This document shows, piece by piece, positions 1 through 13,209 of a stretch of DNA of 64,000 nt (positions within the stretch are counted from its first letter, which is position 1; the number at the start of each line of letters is the position of its first letter). The notes beneath the pieces are model-generated. The model saw only the letters and a program-made list of their open reading frames with translations. It was not told the DNA's origin and searched no databases. The stretch comes from Balamuthia mandrillaris. Lineage: Eukaryota. The stretch covers positions 186,001 through 250,000 of the forward strand of contig JAVKOQ020000006.1 in the NCBI GenBank assembly GCA_031835245.2, written 5' to 3'. A program made the translations under genes and the position numbers.

Positions 1-1743
1 TCCTTTTTTTAAAAGAAACAAATTGATAAGGTTACATTCTGGTTTCTTTTACCACAACAAAGCAACGAAATAAAGGAACAGCATAGTCGCGTACCCGAAG
101 TAAGTGTATGGTTTTCAGTTCTACCACGCCACCGAAAAGTATCAGGAATGGCACCGGACTGCGTTCTTAAGAACCAGTTGTAGTTTCTCTTAAGGTACGG
201 GTATATATTCGTGAGAAACGCCAGTCTAGCTCCAAAGGTACTTCTATCATCATCGCTCTTCGCAATTGTTGTTGTCGTCATCATTGTGGATGTTTGATGC
301 TGAAGCAGTTCTGCAGAAGACACAGAAGCAAGCCCCTGTGCTTCGTTGGAAGAAGATTCTTGTTTCTCTTTCAAGGCATCTGAGATAGCAGTCATGAGAT
401 GACGTATTGGGAAGAGAAGGGTTGGTGGATTGGCAAAAATGGGGTTCTGTGGTTGAAACTCTTGTGGAACCTTGTTTTTGTTTTTAGCTACAGTCAATAT
501 CTTACACAGGGTATAAGAAAGCTAAAATGCTGCGACAAGAGGCACAGGAACAAAAAGAAGAAAAGAAGGAGGAAGAAGACCCAGAGGAGGTGACAAGAAA
601 AAAGAAAGAAAAGTTAAGAGATGGTTTAGGGACCTTGCTACGAGCTTCGCTGCCCAGGATTTGTTCTCTTGCTATCCATCCGTTCTCGTCCATCATATTC
701 AACCAATGACCCAAAACATCTCGTCTATTCTTTCAAATTATTAGCAACAAACTTCATAAGAAAAACAAAAATACAATAAACAACACAACACAAAACAAAA
801 AAAAAATAAGGAAGAAACGTACGTGATAGATTCTTCCCAAGGCAAAACCAACAGTTGATGAAAGCCTTCATCCCAAAGGAAGCCTCTAGGGAAGAAAGGT
901 CTTGATGGCACTGCCGAGTACAACACATGTGGTGGCGAAAAGGCATACCGCTTTCTTGCCTGCGGTGACGTTGCAGTATTATCTTCTTCTACAATGATGC
1001 CACTGCCAGAGAAATAACCGATGCCACCGACGAGGTTGCTGAACGTTGCCATTGCAAAGTCTCTTTGTTGGGGAGAGTACTGTGGTTGCCGTTGTTGAAG
1101 CTGAAAGACTTCCTCGAAGCGATCTTCGAACTGGCGTCTGGCTGACATTAAGGTGGAGGTCAAGGAAGAGCCTGTCATGGCTGCCACTATGTCGTCGTCT
1201 AAAGAGGGAGCTTTTTTGGGTGGTTTGGCGGTTGCTGAGTCATATGACTCTCCACTCTCATGGGAAAGGAAGACCAAGTCGAACTGACGAATTCGGCACA
1301 GAACATTAATAAAAGAAAGAGGAGGATGGGCAAAAGAAGAACACAAAAGAAAGTTGCTAACAAGACAGCACTTTTACCTCAAAAGGAAGTGTAAAAATCC
1401 GTTGAATCACAAAGACATTGCTCCCTTCCTCAATTGTATTTGGCAATGTAGGAATAAGCCAGGGAGCATTTGCTGGAGCAGCCCATGCTGCATCACCACC
1501 AGAGTTGGCGCGAGCTTTAAGGTGCTGGAGAAAGAGATTGGAGCGGGCCTGGTTCAACAGAGGTTGCACCACATCTTCCTTCACTCGCCATATTTGTTCT
1601 CCTCCGTCCTTGTCATCCCAGCGCACACCGACAAAGTGGATGCGATCCAAGTTTGGCGAGCCCTTCACTTTTGGAAGATGCGCTGGTGGTTCCACGTACT
1701 CGTTTTTTTCATCTATGGAAGGAGACGAATGAGAAGAAGAGCG

Positions 1744-1790
<47 letters not shown>

Positions 1791-2756
1791 GAGAAGGTGA
1801 GTTTGCACAAACCTTCCTTGAAAAGAAAAGAAAAGCTTCCTAGCTCTTGAGTGAAGCCTTGCACATGAACATCTTTCCGGCTGATGCCCATTTTCTTTGC
1901 TTGTTTTCCTGGAAGAGAAAGGGAGCCTCCTTCAGGGACGGTAAAATAGTACAGCACAGACACCAAGTTTGGTTGTTCTTGCCCTGCCTGTGCCGAAGGG
2001 CTGAGTTTCTCTCCTGAAATGCGAACGCTCCATGCTCCTCCTTTAAGGAACAAAGGTCCCATCAGAACAGTTCATCATAGAGAAGGGAGAGAAGGAGGAA
2101 GTAGCAAGGATAGACGAAGAGAGCAAGAGAAATCACAGAAACGAGAAGCAGAAAGGAGAGGCGAGAGGGGGGGGAGAGCAGAGAGAAGGAAAAAGTGGAC
2201 AAGCACAAAAGAAGAGAAGCAAAGCAAAGAGAGCGCAAGGAGAACGAAACGAACCATGCTTGCCGGGTTTGTATTTCATGAAGGAAGTGCGCAGGGACAC
2301 GCCACAGCGAGGGTCCTCGATCTCCTGCTCCCCAAAGTGCGTGCCGTTGTGTCTCCGCCACCCATAGCGCCTCATGCCGTCCCCTTGCTCACAACTATGC
2401 CGAATCTCTGCCATGCGTGCAAGCATCCAACGATTCATCAACACACACTCACAAAAAGAGGAAGCAAAAAAAAAAAAGCAAAGAAAAGACAAACCAAGTC
2501 TAGGATGAAGCGGGTCGAACCACATCAAGCCAGTCAAAGGGGAGGAGGGCGAGCGCGCCCTCGTGCCAAAGTAGAGGTTGGAGCGGTAGGTCCCCCAGTA
2601 CTGCTGCTCCTCCCACGAGGGGTCCGTTTGCGTGAGCCCACCGCTGCTGCTTGTTGTTGCTGCCGCCGCCGCAAGAGACAACGCGCCCGCCGCCATCAGC
2701 ACGCAGAAGAGAGGCAGGTGCTCCGACAACAACAGCGTTGCTTTGCTTCTTCTCAT
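1..2756 (-). CDS. MOGS: Mannosyl-oligosaccharide glucosidase (glucosidase I, GH63), multi-exon; 3' end runs off the window
   Basis: Exons encode [98 protein letters not shown] and [15 protein letters not shown]. Hydrophobic N-terminus after the ATG at 2756. Confidence 0.95.
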
Positions 2757-3094
2757 CTTTCTGATTGTCAAAAATTTTTTTCTTTTAAATTCCTTACATA
2801 CCTCGTAGGAGTGAATTGAGAATATCAACCTACGAGGAAACTGATGGCCCGCAGGATCGAACCTCACTCGAAGCAATGATCATTTTAAACGAACAAAAAT
2901 TAAAGATTTTCAACCTCGGAGAATTTGAATTCAATCCTACCTCTTATGCTCAGGAATATTCGAAACTATTATGAAGCTGGTACCACGAACGAACCTTACC
3001 GACAGCAACTTTTTTTTTGGAAGAAAATTGGGTTGCTAGATCGAACCGCATTGAATGCAGTAATTTTTATTAACGAAAAGAAAGAAACAATAGA

Positions 3095-3309
3095 ATGGAG
3101 GAAGCGTTTCTCATCAGAGAGGTACCGGAGGCAACCGCTGGAGGAGGCTCTCAAAGGGACAGCGTCGTAGTACCGCTAGGTAAAGCTTTGGTGGTGCTGT
3201 TGGATGCGGACGACCAAAGCTGGGCGGAGGCCACTTCTCAGCCCTACTCTTTTTGTACGTGTTTTGCGCATCAATCATGATGGAGAAAGAAGTACTGAAA
3301 TACAATGCT

Positions 3310-3345
<36 letters not shown>

Positions 3346-3741
3346 TTGGAAAAAACGTTTAGCAAAGGTAGCTCGTGCTTTGACCTCCATTCGCCAAGTT
3401 GTTGGAACCGGCGCAGAGCAGGAGAGCAGCATCCAGCGACTGTGCATGCCACTCTTGGACCACGTTCGCTCCTCCCTCCTCTGTTCTCATTCTCTCTGCT
3501 CTCTGCTCTCTGCTCTCTGCTCTCTCTTCTCTCTTCTCTCTTCTCACTTCTCTTCATCGTTCTCTTCTCTTCTCTTCTCTTCATCGTTCTCTTCATCGTT
3601 CTCTTCTCACTTCTCTTCATCGTTCTCTTCTCTTCATCGTTCTCTTCTCTTCATCGTTCTCTTCTCTTCTCTTCATCGTTCTCTTCTCTTCTCTTCTCTT
3701 CATCGTTCTCTTCTCTTCTCTTCTCTTCATCGTTCTCTTCT

Positions 3742-3785
<44 letters not shown>

Positions 3786-4373
3786 TTCGTTCTCTTATTC
3801 TTTCCCTTGTCCTTTCTCTATACCTTCTTCTATCTTGTCCTCTCGTTCCTTCTTTTCTCACTCTTTCCATTCTTTCGTTCATTCCTTACAGTTGAAGAAC
3901 ACTTCCGCAACGACAACACAGAAGAAAAGGGCGCAGCGAGTCTTAGACTGGTTGATCGCTTCCTATCCAAGCTCCACAACACCTGCATTACTTCGTCTCT
4001 TTCATCATCACGTCTCCTCCACTGGAGAAGAAGAAGAATCAATAACTTCCTCTTCCTCTTCGTCATCGAGTCACATCAAGTTTCAACGATTGGCCATCGC
4101 GACCACCATTCAAAACTATGTTCAAGCTGCGATAACAAACTTTCAACAGCAGCAGAAACTCGCTTCAAAAGCAACGTCTGGCAACATCAACACCAAAAAG
4201 ATAAGGACAGAAGAACGTATTGGAAAAGTGGTGGAAGTGTCGTCGTGCAATGCTAGAAAAGAGGAAGCAGAGAAGGAAGGAGAGGGAGAAGAAGCGCAAG
4301 CACTAAGCAGAAGGTTAAAAGTGATTATACCGTTCCTTCCAGCATTGCTGCGTTGTGTCATTCATGATAGGTA

Positions 4374-4410
<37 letters not shown>

Positions 4411-6198
4411 ATCCCTTCCAATGAATCTTCATTTTGATAACCTCATTAAGATAATATCTTTTCTTTCGTTGTTTCTCTTTCTCGTCTCTCGTTCACTTCG
4501 CAAGTGCAAAGAAAGGGACCGTAAGGCTTCCAACAAGGCTTACTGTGACTGCTTCCGATTGCTTTCTTTGCATAGTCCATGGCTTAGCCTTGTTGACACA
4601 ACACATGCAGCATGCGAAGATGAAGCGCAAACATAAAGTAGAAATGATAAGTCCATCCAATGATAGTCAGTGGACCCCCATCTCAGAGCTATGGGGCTCT
4701 CTTGACATGCTAGACGATCTTTGCAGAGAATTGAAAGCGGTTGGTCTCGTTCTTTTATTTTGTGTTTGTTTCGAATGTTGTCTTATAATGTTTGGCTTTT
4801 GTTCTTGTTGTTTTTGTTTTGGAACAGTGGTACAAAGAGCAGCGACCTTTGTTTACAGCTGGTTTAGATTACTTTAATGCTGAAATCACAGAGCTCAAGG
4901 ACGGAAGGCACATTGCAATGATTAGTTCTCGTACGTGCTGCAAACTATCTGCTGAACAATCTCTCTCTCCCTCTCTCTCTCTCATTTTGGTTATTTTAAT
5001 TCGGTTTTAAAATGATACAGAGAACATAGAGCCTCTTCAAGCAATGCTCGCTTGGTATTGTTCTTTCTTTGCTCCTTGCCTCATGGAGTTTCCTCAACGA
5101 ACACGTTCACAACTCCTGCTAGAGACGCATCGTCTTTTGTCTCAGTTGCAGGTCCATTTTCGTCCTCGTGTTGCTTCTTTCTCTTTGTTTATACGTTTCG
5201 TTCTAACTCTTTCTCTTTCATTTGCATCAACTTTAACCTCGCCAAATTTAACCCACAGGATCCGACAATCCTCACAAAGGAAGAATTCAATACACCGATG
5301 GCCAAACTCAGCTTAAGCGGCCTTTGTTTGCTTTTGGGTAGATTGGATAAGCCGACCTTCCGTAAGGTAACGATAAAGCTACGAGCTCAAATTTATGGCA
5401 ATGTTTTCAAGCAGCTTTACGCCCCCGATGAAAGGATACACACCCTGGCTATACAAATTGTCCAAAAGGTGGTTATTATCGCTATTCTTTTGTTTTGCTT
5501 TTTTAGTAAGCTCTGCTTTTACCATTGCGTTATTTTGCCCCTAATTGCTATTTGGTAGGAATTGAAATTATCAATAGACCCACGGAATGTGGATCTACTT
5601 GTGGACCCGCTCCTTTCATTGCTGGACACTAACGACAGCACTTCCACTGCCATTATAGGCTTCATTGCTGAGTTTGCAGCATGGTAGAATACCTCTCTTG
5701 CTTTTTATATTTCTTTTCTGTTCTGTCTTGTCCTTGCTTAGAAAATGTATAAAGCAATCCAGAGAGAATGCTAGACCAAGTATTCAAACGACTGGATTCC
5801 ACGAACCAAGACCAACGCAACTTTGCATTGAAAATACTGGCAGAGATATTCAAAGTGAACCAGAAACTAGCCTACACCAACGAAAAATTAGGGTACTTCT
5901 CTTTCATTTCCCGCTTCCCTCTCCGCTTCTGTGCTTCTATTCTCCATCTTAAACCTCAATTTTATTTTCTTTGCGGTTGTCTTACTTTTCTTACTTTTCT
6001 TTTCGTTGTCTGAAATGTTGCAGGCACCTCTTAGCCAATCAGCTTCTGGAAAGATTGTACGTGGTATTTCTCTTCTTATAACAGATTGTGTTCATAACTT
6101 ACTATTGGTTTATAAGACACGATACGGAGTTATCACTTCGTGTGGAAGCTGCCAATTTGTTTGCTCACCTAGGCATGTACCTTTATGTTTTACTCGCG

Positions 6199-6243
<45 letters not shown>

Positions 6244-8351
6244 TCCTCCCTACAATATGTTTCTTACACTAAAACAAAACTACAGATGCAGCATTTATTA
6301 TTCCCCCTCTTTGTCGTTTGGTGTATCACCGAGACCCCAAAGTACGATCCGCCGCTGATGTTGCAATTGTATCTCTTTTGGAAAACCACAAAGACATCTG
6401 CTCAGCAGCTTTGGTTTTGCTGGATTGCCTTAGGTACATTCTTCTTGTTTTCTGGCTTGCATTCAATTATTTCTTTTGTTGTTACCTTCTTTCCTCTATC
6501 ATATTTCTGACATAAGACTGAATTAATAATGTAACGTAGGAGCTTCAATGATGCTTCTGCTGCGACTATGGTCCCGCAAAATCCTGGCGATATTGGTAAA
6601 ACATCTATTGGGTCTACCCAACAGCAAAAAACCGATTTCAGTGAGAGAGTGTTCCGGCTAATTCCAAAATGGGCTGCCAAGGTCGCCGCGCCTCTTCTCT
6701 TCTTTCGTCTTTCTTTTTCATCTCTCATTCTTGTCCTATTTCTTGTTTTTATGTTAATCACAGTTACCACCACATGTATGGCCGCAGCTCATCTCTATGT
6801 CGGTAGAAAAAGTGTTTGCTGCTCCAGAAGATACCATTCTAGTGTCATTTATGCGTTGCATTGGTCCTTTCATGGGCCCTCACTTAGTCTCTTTCTTACC
6901 TCTAGTCATTCAGAAAATTAGAGATCGACCTGAGTAACTATACTTTTTTTTTCCGAAAAATCATTGATGTCCTCCTCCTCCTCTCCTTCTCCTTCTCCTT
7001 CTTGTTCTTGCTATTAACCTCCTCCATTGAAACAAACATCATAAACAGGTTACCAACAGATCTTGATAACATGGCCCCTGAGGATCGCATGCTCATATGG
7101 AAAGAAATAATGTTTGAACGGATAAGCCCGTTGTTGGTTCTGAGAGTGGTACCCTATCATTCCTTTCCACCATTGGAAAGCTCTCCAATGGAACAAAGAG
7201 ATGACTCTGAAGAAGAGCAAGTACGACAATACATTAGAAATCTTGCGGAACTCTTGTTGAAAAGGTAATGATCTCTCTTTCTCTCTTTCTTTTTTTTTTC
7301 GAAAAGGATTCTAAACCAATATGCGCCAATAATAGTATGAATGATGACTTTGATCAAGTAAGTAAACTGTCAGCTGAAGTTTGCAGCTTCTTCGATCCAA
7401 GCTACGCTATAGATGCTGTCTTGGACCGTTTTGCTTCTTATCACCAATTTCTTCAACAACTATGCAACGAAAGCAACAAAACAACCTTTGCAGAGGAAGA
7501 GCACATAGAAGCCGTCAAGCGAACTAAAATTCATCTCTTCTACTTGGTGAATGCATTGATGCTTCATGGCAAGGTTATGGAGGGTTGGGCTTCTCGTCTG
7601 TTATCTCTCGTCTACAAGTCGTTCCGCTGTTGCACTTTTCTTCTTATGACGACGAATTCTTCTGTTGCTTCAGAGTTGGCGAATCTTGTGCTTGGGTGTA
7701 TTGACTGTTTGGGAGTGATCCTTCGAATCAGCGCAGAGCAACTACATAAATCTTCTTCGTCTGCGTCCCCCTCCTCGAAGGGTACCTCGCTTTTAGAGAG
7801 GACAACCAGGATACAAGAAATCGAGAAAGGAAAGGAAAAAATGACGATAAAGCCCAAAGGAAAGGAAGAGAAGCCACCAATACCAACCACGGAAGAGGAG
7901 CTGACCAACTTTTCATCATTGTTTCCATGGTTGTTAAGCCAGCTGGAGTCTAAGAAAGGGGACGACCGTGCGATTCATCCTGATGTATCTCAGAGTACGT
8001 TTTTCCTTGTTATTCATGTAGATTGTCTCTTCTGTTTTGTGCTCTCTTCCTTCATATTTCTTATTTTCTTGCACTTTCTCTCGGTTAAGAGTTACGAGTG
8101 GGCATCATCCAAGCATTCATCTTCGCCATCAAAAGCCTGCCTCTGGCTGCTCTGATCTCTTTTGCTCGAGACCTCATCCATCCGATTCTACACCTTTATT
8201 TTGGACCAAATAGCAGAAGAAAGCAGGAGAACGTGATCATCACTGCCTCACCGTCTGCCGACATTGTAGATGTTGCTACCTCCACCGATGTTGATACTCA
8301 GATGGCTTATTTACAGGTACTTATGCCACGCTTCTTCTTGCTGGTTTCTAT

Positions 8352-8391
<40 letters not shown>

Positions 8392-8810
8392 TTCCCTCTT
8401 CCTCTATCGCACTAACCATTCAAAAAAAAAAGTTGCTCTTCACCATAACGTTCTACTTGAAAGGAGACGTACGACCTTACAGCAACGATCTCCTGGAAGC
8501 AGCATTACACGCTCTAATCCAAAACAACAAACAAGATATTCGCATCGGAGGTTTAAAATTGTTAGGCGCTCTTATCGGCACTTTGGAAGATGTTTTGCTC
8601 GAGAACAGAGCAGTTCTTCCCTCTCTTCAACAGACTTTACAACACATCGTTCTTCATCCTCCTCATCATGAAGAAAAAGAAACAGAGCAAGAAGGAATGA
8701 ACAGCGAAAAGAAGAAGAGCACAAAGCAGCTTGCAGAACAATTGTTGGTCACCGTAGAAAGCACTATTGCTGCTCTCGCCATCAGCCAATCCTCTTCATC
8801 TTCATTTTAA
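3095..8810 (+). CDS. Uncharacterised ARM/HEAT-repeat protein, multi-exon
   Basis: Chain of GT/GC-AG-bounded exons encoding helical repeats (IIPPLCRLVYHRDPKVRSAADVAIVSLL; ERVFRLIPKWAAK; IMFERISPLLVLRVVP; IRIGGLKLLGALIG). From memory it resembles the plant At3g57570-type ARM family (not verified). Confidence 0.75.
3535..3780. repeat. Compound intronic minisatellite: TTCATCG + (TTCTC)n, about 9 units, then (CT)n
   Basis: CATCG recurs about 9 times, separated by 1-4 TTCTC pentamers. Confidence 0.9.
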
Positions 8811-8850
8811 TTACAAAAAAAGAAGAAAGTAAGAAAGAAAGAGAATAAAG

Positions 8851-10152
8851 TCACCGATGCCACCACATCAACACGAACAAACAAGAGGCAGCCAATGTGG
8901 TGACCAACAGCGTTACACCTTCCACGAACGGCCGCTCTTCTTTCCTTCCAACGGGTACTCTCACTGTCACCCGCAATCCTTTGTCTCCCTTCTCGTTTTG
9001 CTTACTTCCGTTTTCTTCTTCCTTTTCCTCTTCAAGAGTAGATACACACCTCCATGCTTCTTTCCATCCATCATCCGCCAACCTTTTCTCCACAAAGCGA
9101 ACTTCGTCATCAGAGATATCCCCACTTTTTTCTTCTTCTCCATTCGCAACGTTAGCAAAGATGGAGGAGAGATTAGGGTGAAGATGGGTGTTGTGTTCTT
9201 CATTTTGGGGGACGAAGAAATAGAAGAGACGAAGAGGAGGAAATATCAGGAAGGAGTGATATCCATCTTCTTCTTGCGGATGAGCAGAAGTAGGGAAGGA
9301 AGGAGAAGAAAGTTGAGGGAGTTGATAGCGAAGATGGATTGGAAGGGCAATGGAACAATTCAGTTGATACCTGAAAGAAAAAACGAAGGAAGAATAGTGA
9401 GCAAGTAGGAAGAAGATAGCAGAAAGAATGAAAGAAGAGGGACCACAGGAAAATAGAATGAAGAAGAACAAGAGAGAGCACGACCACTGAGAAGAAGAAG
9501 AAGAGGAAGACAAAGACAAAGACAACGACAAACTAGAGACGTACATGTCTTCACTGCTCTCCATGACCGTGTTGAGTTCTGCTCTAAAGTTTTCGCTCTC
9601 TCCAGACTCTAGCCGCAACACTGACCCCTCTCCTGGAGACAAAGAGAGCGGAGGGCTCCGAACGAGGACCAAGTTGGAGGTGGCGGCAGGGTGCGAGACC
9701 GCCTTCTCCAGGTCGTACTGTCGCAGCACCTCCACAGAAGGTCCAGAGAAGAGCCGCTCCATCTCTCTCACCTGAAAGAGGTCCACAAACAGGTCAGCGG
9801 AAAATTTCTCCTCCAACAGCAGCCAAAGGGAGAGAGAGGAGGAGTTCTTGGAGGAAAGGGCGGAGCAGAGGAGGGTAAAGTTGGTGCGAAGGTCTCGATG
9901 GAAGCCGGTGCCCACCGTCTCTCGAGAGAGGCGAGCGACTCGACACAATGGCTCTGGCTTGGAAGGAGAGGCGGGTTGCTCGAGGCGTGCCTCAGCAACG
10001 TTACGATGAAGATTCGTGGCAGCCACGAAGGTGGTATGTGTTGTTGACATAGACAGTAAGAAAAGAAGCAAAAGAGGATAAGCATAGGGTGGTCCATGCG
10101 GACAGTAGCGTTGGCCAAAATGATGCAACGCTACAGCACTCATCTTTCTCAT
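8851..10152 (-). CDS. PIGX: PIG-X/PBN1 (GPI mannosyltransferase I accessory subunit), one intron at 9371-9544
   Basis: Signal peptide; GFHRDL, DLFVDLFQ, DLEK, LPIHLRYQ and VPVG motifs; C-terminal TM helix. The start may be 10143. Confidence 0.85.
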   Translation of the reverse strand: MRKMSAVALHHFGQRYCPHGPPYAYPLLLLFLLSMSTTHTTFVAATNLHRNVAEARLEQPASPSKPEPLCRVARLSRETVGTGFHRDLRTNFTLLCSALSSKNSSSLSLWLLLEEKFSADLFVDLFQVREMERLFSGPSVEVLRQYDLEKAVSHPAATSNLVLVRSPPLSLSPGEGSVLRLESGESENFRAELNTVMESSEDMYVSSLSLSLSLSSSSSSSQWSCSLLFFFILFSCGPSSFILSAIFFLLAHYSSFVFSFRYQLNCSIALPIHLRYQLPQLSSPSFPTSAHPQEEDGYHSFLIFPPLRLFYFFVPQNEEHNTHLHPNLSSIFANVANGEEEKSGDISDDEVRFVEKRLADDGWKEAWRCVSTLEEEKEEENGSKQNEKGDKGLRVTVRVPVGRKEERPFVEGVTLLVTTLAASCLFVLMWWHR

Positions 10153-10397
10153 TTTTTCTTTCTTTCTCTTTTTTGTTGTTAAAATATTATTCAAAATTAC
10201 CATTGTTTCGAATAATATCGAAAACTCGAATATTATTCGAATAATATCGATTTTTTCAGCAGCTTTGCTTAATAAGAGCATGCATACGTGTAACTGGACC
10301 TTTTATGATAGGTGTGACGTAAGTGTAAAATCGTAAAATTAAAAATTCGAAAAACTAAATCGAAAAAAAAATAAGAAAAAAAAGGAGAGAGAGAGAG

Positions 10398-10886
10398 ATG
10401 GAAGGCAAGGACAGCAGCAGCGAGAAGAGCCCTTCCCCGGCGGACGCTAGCGTCACGCTCTCTACCACCAGCGAGGAGGTCCTCCCCTCGCCGCCCCAGC
10501 CCGAGGCGGTGCAAGCAGGAGCAACGGCCGAACCACAGGGGGAGGACGAGGAGCACGATCCCGCCGCCCTTCGCGCCAAGGTGGAGGGCCTCCTCTCCAA
10601 GGAGAACCTCATCCGCAGCCCCGCCCTCCTGGCCGCCATGAACGCGGAGCTCTGGATGCCCGTCGCCATGCTGCACTCCCTGGGCCTGGTCCAAGCGGAG
10701 GCCCCTGCGATCGTGGCCGCCGCCCGCGACTCGGAGCGGGTGAGCTTCAATCCGGAGGGCACCCTCGTCAGGCCCAACATGAAGGCCCCCCGCACCTCGC
10801 TCATCTTGCGGGACATTCCCGCTGCCACTGATTCAGAGGTCAATCAATCCGACCTTCACTTTTTTTCTCTCTCTCTCTCCTCTCTT

Positions 10887-10917
<31 letters not shown>

Positions 10918-12767
10918 TTCTCTCTTCCCTCATCGCTACTTATTTTTTTTGAGGCCCTGATTTATGATTTTTTTGATTTTTTTTTCGTTTCACTCACAAA
11001 ACAAACACACACACACCAACAGGAAATAAAACTGTTGTTCAAAGCGAAGGAAGGAGAGGCGGCTCTGCCAGAGCCTGTCGCCGTCAACCCTGACATTGGG
11101 GACTGTTGGTTCGTGGCCTTTGCCACGGAGGAGGAGACGCTCAAGGCCTTGGACCATGTCCGCAAGCAGCGCTTTCAGGAGAAACCCGTCAAAGCTCGCA
11201 TTAAGACCGAGAACTTGCTTCGTAGCCTGTACTTATTTTTCTATGCTTCTCTGCTTTTTCCTCTCGCCACTTATCTCTTCTCTCGTTCTGTGCTTCTCAT
11301 CATCTGGTCTCTCCTCCTCCCATTTATACAGAATGAACGAGGCTGCTGCTTCAGCAGACCAAGGCTCATCGGACTCTGTTGCAGGGGGGCTTTTGCCAGC
11401 GACTGACGTTACTCCTCCTTTGGCCTACTATTACGACTACACCACAGGAACAACAATGGCAGTGCCTTATGCAGGCTTCACTTATCCATACGCCAATAGC
11501 ATTCCCCAACAACAGCAACAACAAGCATCACGAGGCGGGCATGTTCCTTTACCAATTCCTGCTGGCATAGCGCCGTATAACCATGCGTATGGCGCCACAG
11601 GTGGAGGTACCTTTTTGTTTTCTTTGTTTTCTCTTCTCCTCCTGTAATTATGCAACGGATATTAAATACCTCGTTTTTTTAAAAAAAATAATATAAAGAC
11701 AATAGGGACCGGCGAAGAAGCAAAGACCCGAATAGACGCAGAGATGGTGGTGGAAACCGATCAGCTAACGGTAAGCAAAGCATACTCTTATGTCTTGTCG
11801 TTTGTTTTCTTACTGAGTGCCAATAATAGATTCAAGAGACAACGTGGATGGGCGGAGACGAAAAGGTGGAAGAGGCAGAAGGCCGCAAGACTCACCAGAA
11901 GAGCAAACCCCTATCTCTCGAACGCCACCTCAGTTGGGCCTTCAAAACTTTCCTCCCCTTGGTCTTGTTAGCGAAAAAACAACTCATGGCTATCAAAAAG
12001 GTACTTGCAGACTTTCTGGTTCTTCATCCTTCTGTTTATTTTTCTCTTTTTGTTTGCCCTTGTTCTCTTCCGTTGCTTCATTTTCTTTCTCTTTCATATT
12101 TTTTCTGTAGTCCTTTCTCATGTTGTTTTCTCTTAAACATTCTGTTTAAATCATTGCACCACAACAGACTTCATTAAGCGAACCAGAGAAGAAATACTGG
12201 AATTGGTGAAAGACCTGGAAGTGCCCAAACAGTGTCCACTACGCCCAACCCACCAATCGGCTGTAGTAATACTGGATGAGGCCAATGCCAAAATCTTAGC
12301 CAAACCTCGCATCAACACCACCAACAACAAGAACAACAGCAATGATGTCGAGTACGTGTTTTTGTTGATTTGCTTCTGTTTCTCTCCCTCTATCTCAGCC
12401 TTTTAAACTCACTCAAACACATACAAAATAAATTCTAAACAGAGCACAACAGAGAAGTGGTGTATCCACCACAACTGCAACAGGCGAGGACCAAAAGCAA
12501 ACCGCAACAACAACAATCACCAAAAGCAATAATGATGAGCAGGCCTCTTCCTCCTCCTCCTCTTCACCTTCGTCAACTGCTGCTGCCACCAAACCTTACA
12601 ACAATGCTGCTGCTGCTTCTTCCTCGTTGGAAGCTTCTAGCAAGAAGACAGCATCTCCTCCTTCCTCTCCTTCCTCCACCGCCGAACCTTCATCATCTTC
12701 GTCTTCCCCCGCACCCACTGCCAACAACAAGAGCTCTTATGCTCAAGCCCTCAGTAAGAAGGAATAG
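10398..12767 (+). CDS. La-related protein, LARP4-like (degenerate La motif + RRM), multi-exon
   Basis: La-like SKENL..WMPV; RRM RTSLILRDIP...DIGDCWFVAF..EEETLKAL...KPVKARIKTE; LGLQNFPPL; C-terminal SYAQAL. Confidence 0.8.
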
Positions 12768-12872
12768 CCTTTAAACAAAGAAGGCAAGAAGGGAAAAAAA
12801 AAAAGAACTCCCACCACAGGAAAAGAAAGAAAGAAAGAAAGAAACGACAAGAATGAGAGAGAAAGGAAAGAA

Positions 12873-13054
<182 letters not shown>

Positions 13055-13209
13055 AAAAACAAAAACAAAAAAAAAAACAAAAAAAAACAAAAAATCCAAA
13101 TAAAAATTTTACGACTTTTTCAACATATATCAATAGCGAAGATAAAAATCGGAAACTATTGGGTTAATTATAAATAATTATCGAATGAGCGGCCCTACTC
13201 GCTTTCAGT

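Noticed and set aside
2840..2880. B-box-like GGTTCGATCC on the minus strand (possible tRNA)
   Set aside because: No T-stem pairing, acceptor stem or cloverleaf.
3535..3780. Regularly interspaced repeats (possible CRISPR)
   Set aside because: The spacers are TTCTC multiples rather than unique sequence, the context is a eukaryotic intron, and there are no cas genes.
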